This document shows positions 59,501 through 64,000 of a DNA stretch of 64,000 nucleotides, in pieces. Position 1 is the first letter of the stretch. Each line of letters begins with the position of its first letter. The stretch is from Paraphysomonas bandaiensis (taxonomy: Eukaryota; Protista; Chrysophyceae), in the NCBI GenBank assembly GCA_965644295.1, contig CBFFRP010000191.1:2522-66521 (forward strand). The letters are read 5' to 3'. The notes beneath the pieces are model-generated. The model did no database searches and had not been told where the DNA came from. It worked only from the letters and a program-made list of their open reading frames with translations. The position numbers were made by a program, and so were the translations under genes.

Positions 59501-62500
59501 GGGCAACCTACGGGGCAGCCATCATGCCAACCTAGTGGACAACCATCTGGCCTACCTAGTGAACCGCCATCTTGTGAACCCACAGGACAGCCATCTGGGA
59601 TCCCTACTGGACAGCCATCTAGTGAACCCACAGGTGAGCCATCTGGTCAACCTAGTGGACAACCATCTGGCCTACCTAGTGAACCGCCATCTGGTGAACC
59701 TAGTGGACAACCATCTGGGATCCCTACTGGACAGCCATCTGGTCAACCCAGTGGACAACCATCTGGTCAACCTAGTGGACAGCCGTCAAGTGTACCAACA
59801 GGGCAACCATCTAGTGAACCAGCAGGACTGCCATCAAGTGAATCAACAGGACAACCATCTGGAATTTCTTCTAGATTACCATCAGAACAACCTATAGTAC
59901 AGCCATCTCGGATTCCAACACTACCGTCATCAAGTCAACCATCTCGAATACCCACAGGACAGCCATTTGGTGAACCAACAGCACCACCATTTGTCCAACC
60001 TACTGCACTGCCATCTGGACAACTACATTCGATTTTTCCATCGACGCATGCTCCTTCAGTTGCACGTTTACCTGAGATATTACATATGGACTGGACTGTG
60101 TATCGAGATCACGTTACACTTTCAATTCAGCTCTCTAACAGAGGCTATGTGTATTGCGCAAGCTTTGAATCTATGGTAATCGTCGACTCTGTAAATTCTG
60201 TAATTTCTACAAACAATTTTGACTACGTGGACGATGCTTCTGTTAACGCCTCAATCACAATAACATCTCTAACACCGTCCACGAATTACACACTCTATTG
60301 TGTCACGCAAAACAATCACCTGTTAGCTCCCTCGTATGAAGAAATGCTCTCGAATGCAGTCGTTTGGGAAACTCTCTGTTGTAAGAGCATATTTCTGGAT
60401 TTGAATATGTTTGTACTGCAAGAAAATAGTGTGGGCTGGAATATGGTTGTAGTAACCCTTTCGGCAGCTCCGTCATCCAGCAGTGGTATGTGGATATCTG
60501 CTGGGGTGTCAAACAGCAGTGGTTCGTACACTGTATCCCCCTTTCTGGATGACATTGTGACTGTTACACGTTCCTCATGGTCGAAGACACATTACTTCAC
60601 TGTCGCCAACTGTGCGCCGGGACTGTACACACTACAGGTGACTATGATGGATTTTGCAGTGCAGCAGGAGTATGATGTAATCTTCCGAAGTGGGCAGTCG
60701 TTCACTGTAGAGCCCTCTGAAGTAGAACCCAGCACCCCGCGTTTAATGTCAGCGCAGTTCTCAAAGAGTGGTGAGTCCGCTGTCCTGAAATTTGATTCGC
60801 CTACAGACAAGGCGCAGTATTCCTCATATTTCAAGTGCTCTCGTCTCCTGGATGTAGCTGGGGCCTTATCGTCGGACTGCCTTTGGACCTCGGCCACCAC
60901 ACTTACTGTGTATTTCAAAGGACCTCTTCTACCTGAAGTGGGTGATAGTGTGGTGCTACTGCGGGGTAAACTGAGAGCTCAATGCACCTCCACATCGTCA
61001 GAGTGTACTGGCTGGGCTACTGTGAACAGGACAGAGATGGTTTTAGCTGCCCCCTACGACCCCATCTCACCCACCCTCGTTGTGACACACCCAAAAGTCT
61101 CCGGTCCCTGCGACAGACCTGTGATCGATATTACTGCCTCCTCTGGTTCGGGTGGTCGACCATGGAAACACTTCAACATCACTGTGACCAGTTTTAGCGA
61201 TACCGTCCATACAGTTCAGGAATGGCTTATAGAGAATTACGTGATTAGCCCACCACCCGCAATGCCAGCGCAATTATTTCAAGGTGGTTATAGGTACATT
61301 TTTGAGCTATGGCTGTGCAATTTTTTCGGTGAATGCAGCTCTGCCATAGCTATCATAAAAACCGTAAATGATATTCTGCCGTATGTTTCTATGGTGGGAC
61401 AACTCTCTCGACAGATATTCACTTACACTCCTCTGGTACTGCAGTCTAATGCTTTTTTAACTGAATGCGACGGTTCTGCATCGTATTCCAACTTAATCTA
61501 TGATTGGAAAATATTCGAGGATGAAGTGGAGCACTTTGAGTTAGTGTCGTTGTCGAGTGACCCGAGAAAATTTAAGTTGCTACCTTATTCTTTTAACGTA
61601 AGTTCTGTTTACGAAATAAAGTTATCTGTGACAAACTCTCTGTCGGGGCTGTCCTCATCCACAGTTGTATACGTGTCAGTAGTTCAGTCCGGATATTGTG
61701 GCAATCATTGAGGGAGGATCCACAGCAATCATTGCGAATCGGCGGAAGTGTGTTATTGGATGCATCTGGCAGTTATGATAAAAATATTCCACCCGAATTA
61801 CGCCCTCCAGCTGAGAGCAGTGGGTTTGAATTCCGCTGGACTTGTATGCAGTTGTTTCCAGCTCTCCTTCTGCGGTGTGATGATTTGAATATACAATCAA
61901 ATGCTATCACAACTCCACATTTACTTCATATATTTACAACGAATAAGACAAAGGAGCACTCGGAGTATTCGATAAGTGTGGAAGTGCTTAGTGTTGCTGG
62001 ACGGCAGGCAAGCGGAGAGCTCAGTGGTTGTGCGAGTGACTGAAGCATTGGCTCCGATTGTGTCTATAAGGAGAAGCGGAGCAGCGAATGGTGTCAACCC
62101 TTTGTCTTCTCTGGTTTTGCTGGGAACTGCGCAATTAAGTGTGGCCCAATCAGCATTTTGGGCTATCAACGAGCCATCTGTTGATCTGGCTTCTATCACA
62201 TCTACGGCAACGTATGTATTACTAGCAAAAGGGCTACAGTCAGTCAATTTGGTTGTTAGTGCCGGCTCTATTCCTGGTCGGTCGGTTCCCTATGTATTTT
62301 CACTTACCTGTGGCTCGTCCACAGTATCATTGACAGTGATGTTTAATACTCCTCCTCAGCCTGGTCTACTTTCAGTGTTCCCTCCCTCAGGTATAGCGTG
62401 GGATACAGTCTTTACGCTCATTGCGGAGTCTTGGTCTGATGAAGACTTGCCATTGTCCTATGTAATGGGTTATGTGGAGGATGGCCACTATCCGATTGTG

Positions 62501-64000
62501 AGAAGTCGGTTGGAGATGTCTTATGCCAGCTCCACATTTCCACCTGGGGACAGTATGAATGGATACACATTGTTGTGTTATGTTCGTGTGCTGGATAGTT
62601 TGGATGCAGCTTCTCGGTTGCAGACGTCAGTTGTGGTTCGTTCTAATACAGCCCTCTCGACAACTTTAGCACGTGAGAAGTTTCGATTGGAACTAGAATC
62701 GAGTGGAAACAATATTGAGTTGACGAAGCAAATCCTCTCATTGTCCAGTTCTTATCTGAATACCAAGAACTGCTCCTCAGCACCCAACTGTACCACTCTG
62801 AACCGTCATGAGTGTTTTAGTGTTGATCATACATGTGGATCATGCTTGGCTGGGTATGTAGGAGAAGAGGGTGCATCTAACCATGGTTGTGTACCTGAAA
62901 GCGATATGTTAACACATTCTCCTGGTGTGATTTGTGACACTGACTATGACTGCAGTGTATGGGAGTACTGTAAGATTACAGAGTCACCCTCCGTCCACGA
63001 TTATCTTCGGAAGACATGTACCGGCAACTGCTCGCATCGAGGCACTTGCATACTTCAGGACAGTGACAGCGGAGCTGCTGTGTCCGAGTGGGTCTGATTG
63101 ATTGACTCTTCATGTGAGGCGAAGTGTCTATGTGATAAAGGATTCAGTGGTTTGTTTTGTGAGTATACAGCCGAGGAGGCGAGAGTACGCACTATTATGA
63201 GAAGCCAATCTGAATGAGCTAGATGGTGTCATCAGAGTGGATGATCCAACTGTGGAGTCGATTTTGGAGTGGCAGCAAATTTTAGTTACACTTACGACAC
63301 AATCGAGTGAACTATCTGAAGTGGGGGCAGAGCATGGTCTCAATATTGCTGATGATTTTAAGGAACTCTACACTGCTATCGGTGGACGCATATGAGGTAT
63401 ATTATAGTGACACTCTGACAGCAGTAGATAGCATTGCCACTGTTTCAATGAATATCACTTTGTCATCCTCATTGGCCTCGTCGAGTATCACTCATCCCTC
63501 ACGGCAGCCTCTCCTCAACAAGAGCTCATCTATCGCGTGTCCCGAGTTGCGTCTCGCACTGGACACGTATGGGTCAGGTGTAAGAAGATCTCTGATTGAG
63601 GGCTAACGCGGGAACCGGATTTTACGAAAGTCATTTCAACAAATCACAGAAGTTTTTACCTCTTCAGTTAATAATGAAGATATTTCAATGGCAGTACCAC
63701 AGTCATTTGCAAAGACGTCGGCTGGATTACTGCCTTCGTCTCTCCAATTTCATAGAAATAGTACACGGCACCCTCGCGGAGTTTAAAGGTTTCATTGAGT
63801 AGTATTCGGTCGAAGCTTTATGACAATGGGAATTACAATTCGGATGTGTTGCAAATGGCTATTGATGGCTCGATATACACCAACGATTCTTTCAAGATAA
63901 TTATACAAAAATAATAATCCTATCTACTACGGCCGAGTACACGCCAGCAATACCACATTGAACGTGACTTGTGATCATGATGTGTACACCACTCACATAG
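53570..64000 (+). CDS. Giant secreted/surface protein: signal peptide, 5 capped LRR modules, P-S/T-x-Q/E stalk, REJ/PKD-like and EGF-like regions; frameshifted after ~61690
   Basis: MNPLILCVFVSLITLTVAS signal; plant-type 24-aa LRRs (LxLxxNSLTGxLPSS); 12-nt repeat stalk; VLLDASGSYD...FRWTC, NTPPQPG...WSDEDLPLSY, CTGNCSHRGTC. Confidence 0.85.
53639..57825 (+). repeat. Five tandem LRR modules (starts ~53639, 55166, 55832, 56498, 57224) built from 72-bp units
   Basis: Near-identical N-cap and C-cap DNA, with different numbers of internal LRR units per module. Confidence 0.95.
57829..60020 (+). repeat. 12-bp-unit coding minisatellite (PSGQ/PTGE tetrapeptides)
   Basis: ccatctggtcaa / cctagtggacaa / cccacaggtgag units. 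Confidence 0.95.

Noticed and set aside
57903-59897. Alternate-frame ORFs (HLVN/DSH repeats, 181 and 475 aa)
   Set aside because: Shadow frames of the 12-bp coding minisatellite.

Overview
Eukaryotic, AT-rich genomic DNA with very short (~40-70 nt) GT-AG introns. The gene and repeat content suggests a stramenopile, possibly a chrysophyte; this is inference only. About half the window is nested transposable elements. Host genes: a CaMKK-like kinase (5' part), a small PH-like protein, an ARM/ankyrin protein, an MLO-like membrane protein with EF-hands, a giant secreted LRR + P-S-x-Q repeat + REJ/EGF-like surface protein, and two hypothetical genes. The main feature is a young full-length Ty3/Gypsy element (16375-26663; 882-bp LTRs with no difference seen by eye; ATAT TSD). 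Its Pol carries an intact-looking SET lysine-methyltransferase domain between RNase H and integrase. This is followed by a ~55-aa domain that also appears behind the integrase of both Ty1/Copia elements in the window, so it is shared across LTR superfamilies. The element has no tRNA PBS and may self-prime. Also present: a non-autonomous retroposon family with variable TSDs, a shared structured 3' tail and, in one subfamily, an HDV-like ribozyme fold at the 5' end; a pogo-like element inside a (TACA)n array that contains a TA-CAG-TA footprint; a Sola-like element; a chromovirus remnant; and a hAT remnant. All domain calls are by-eye motif recognition; no database searches were run.
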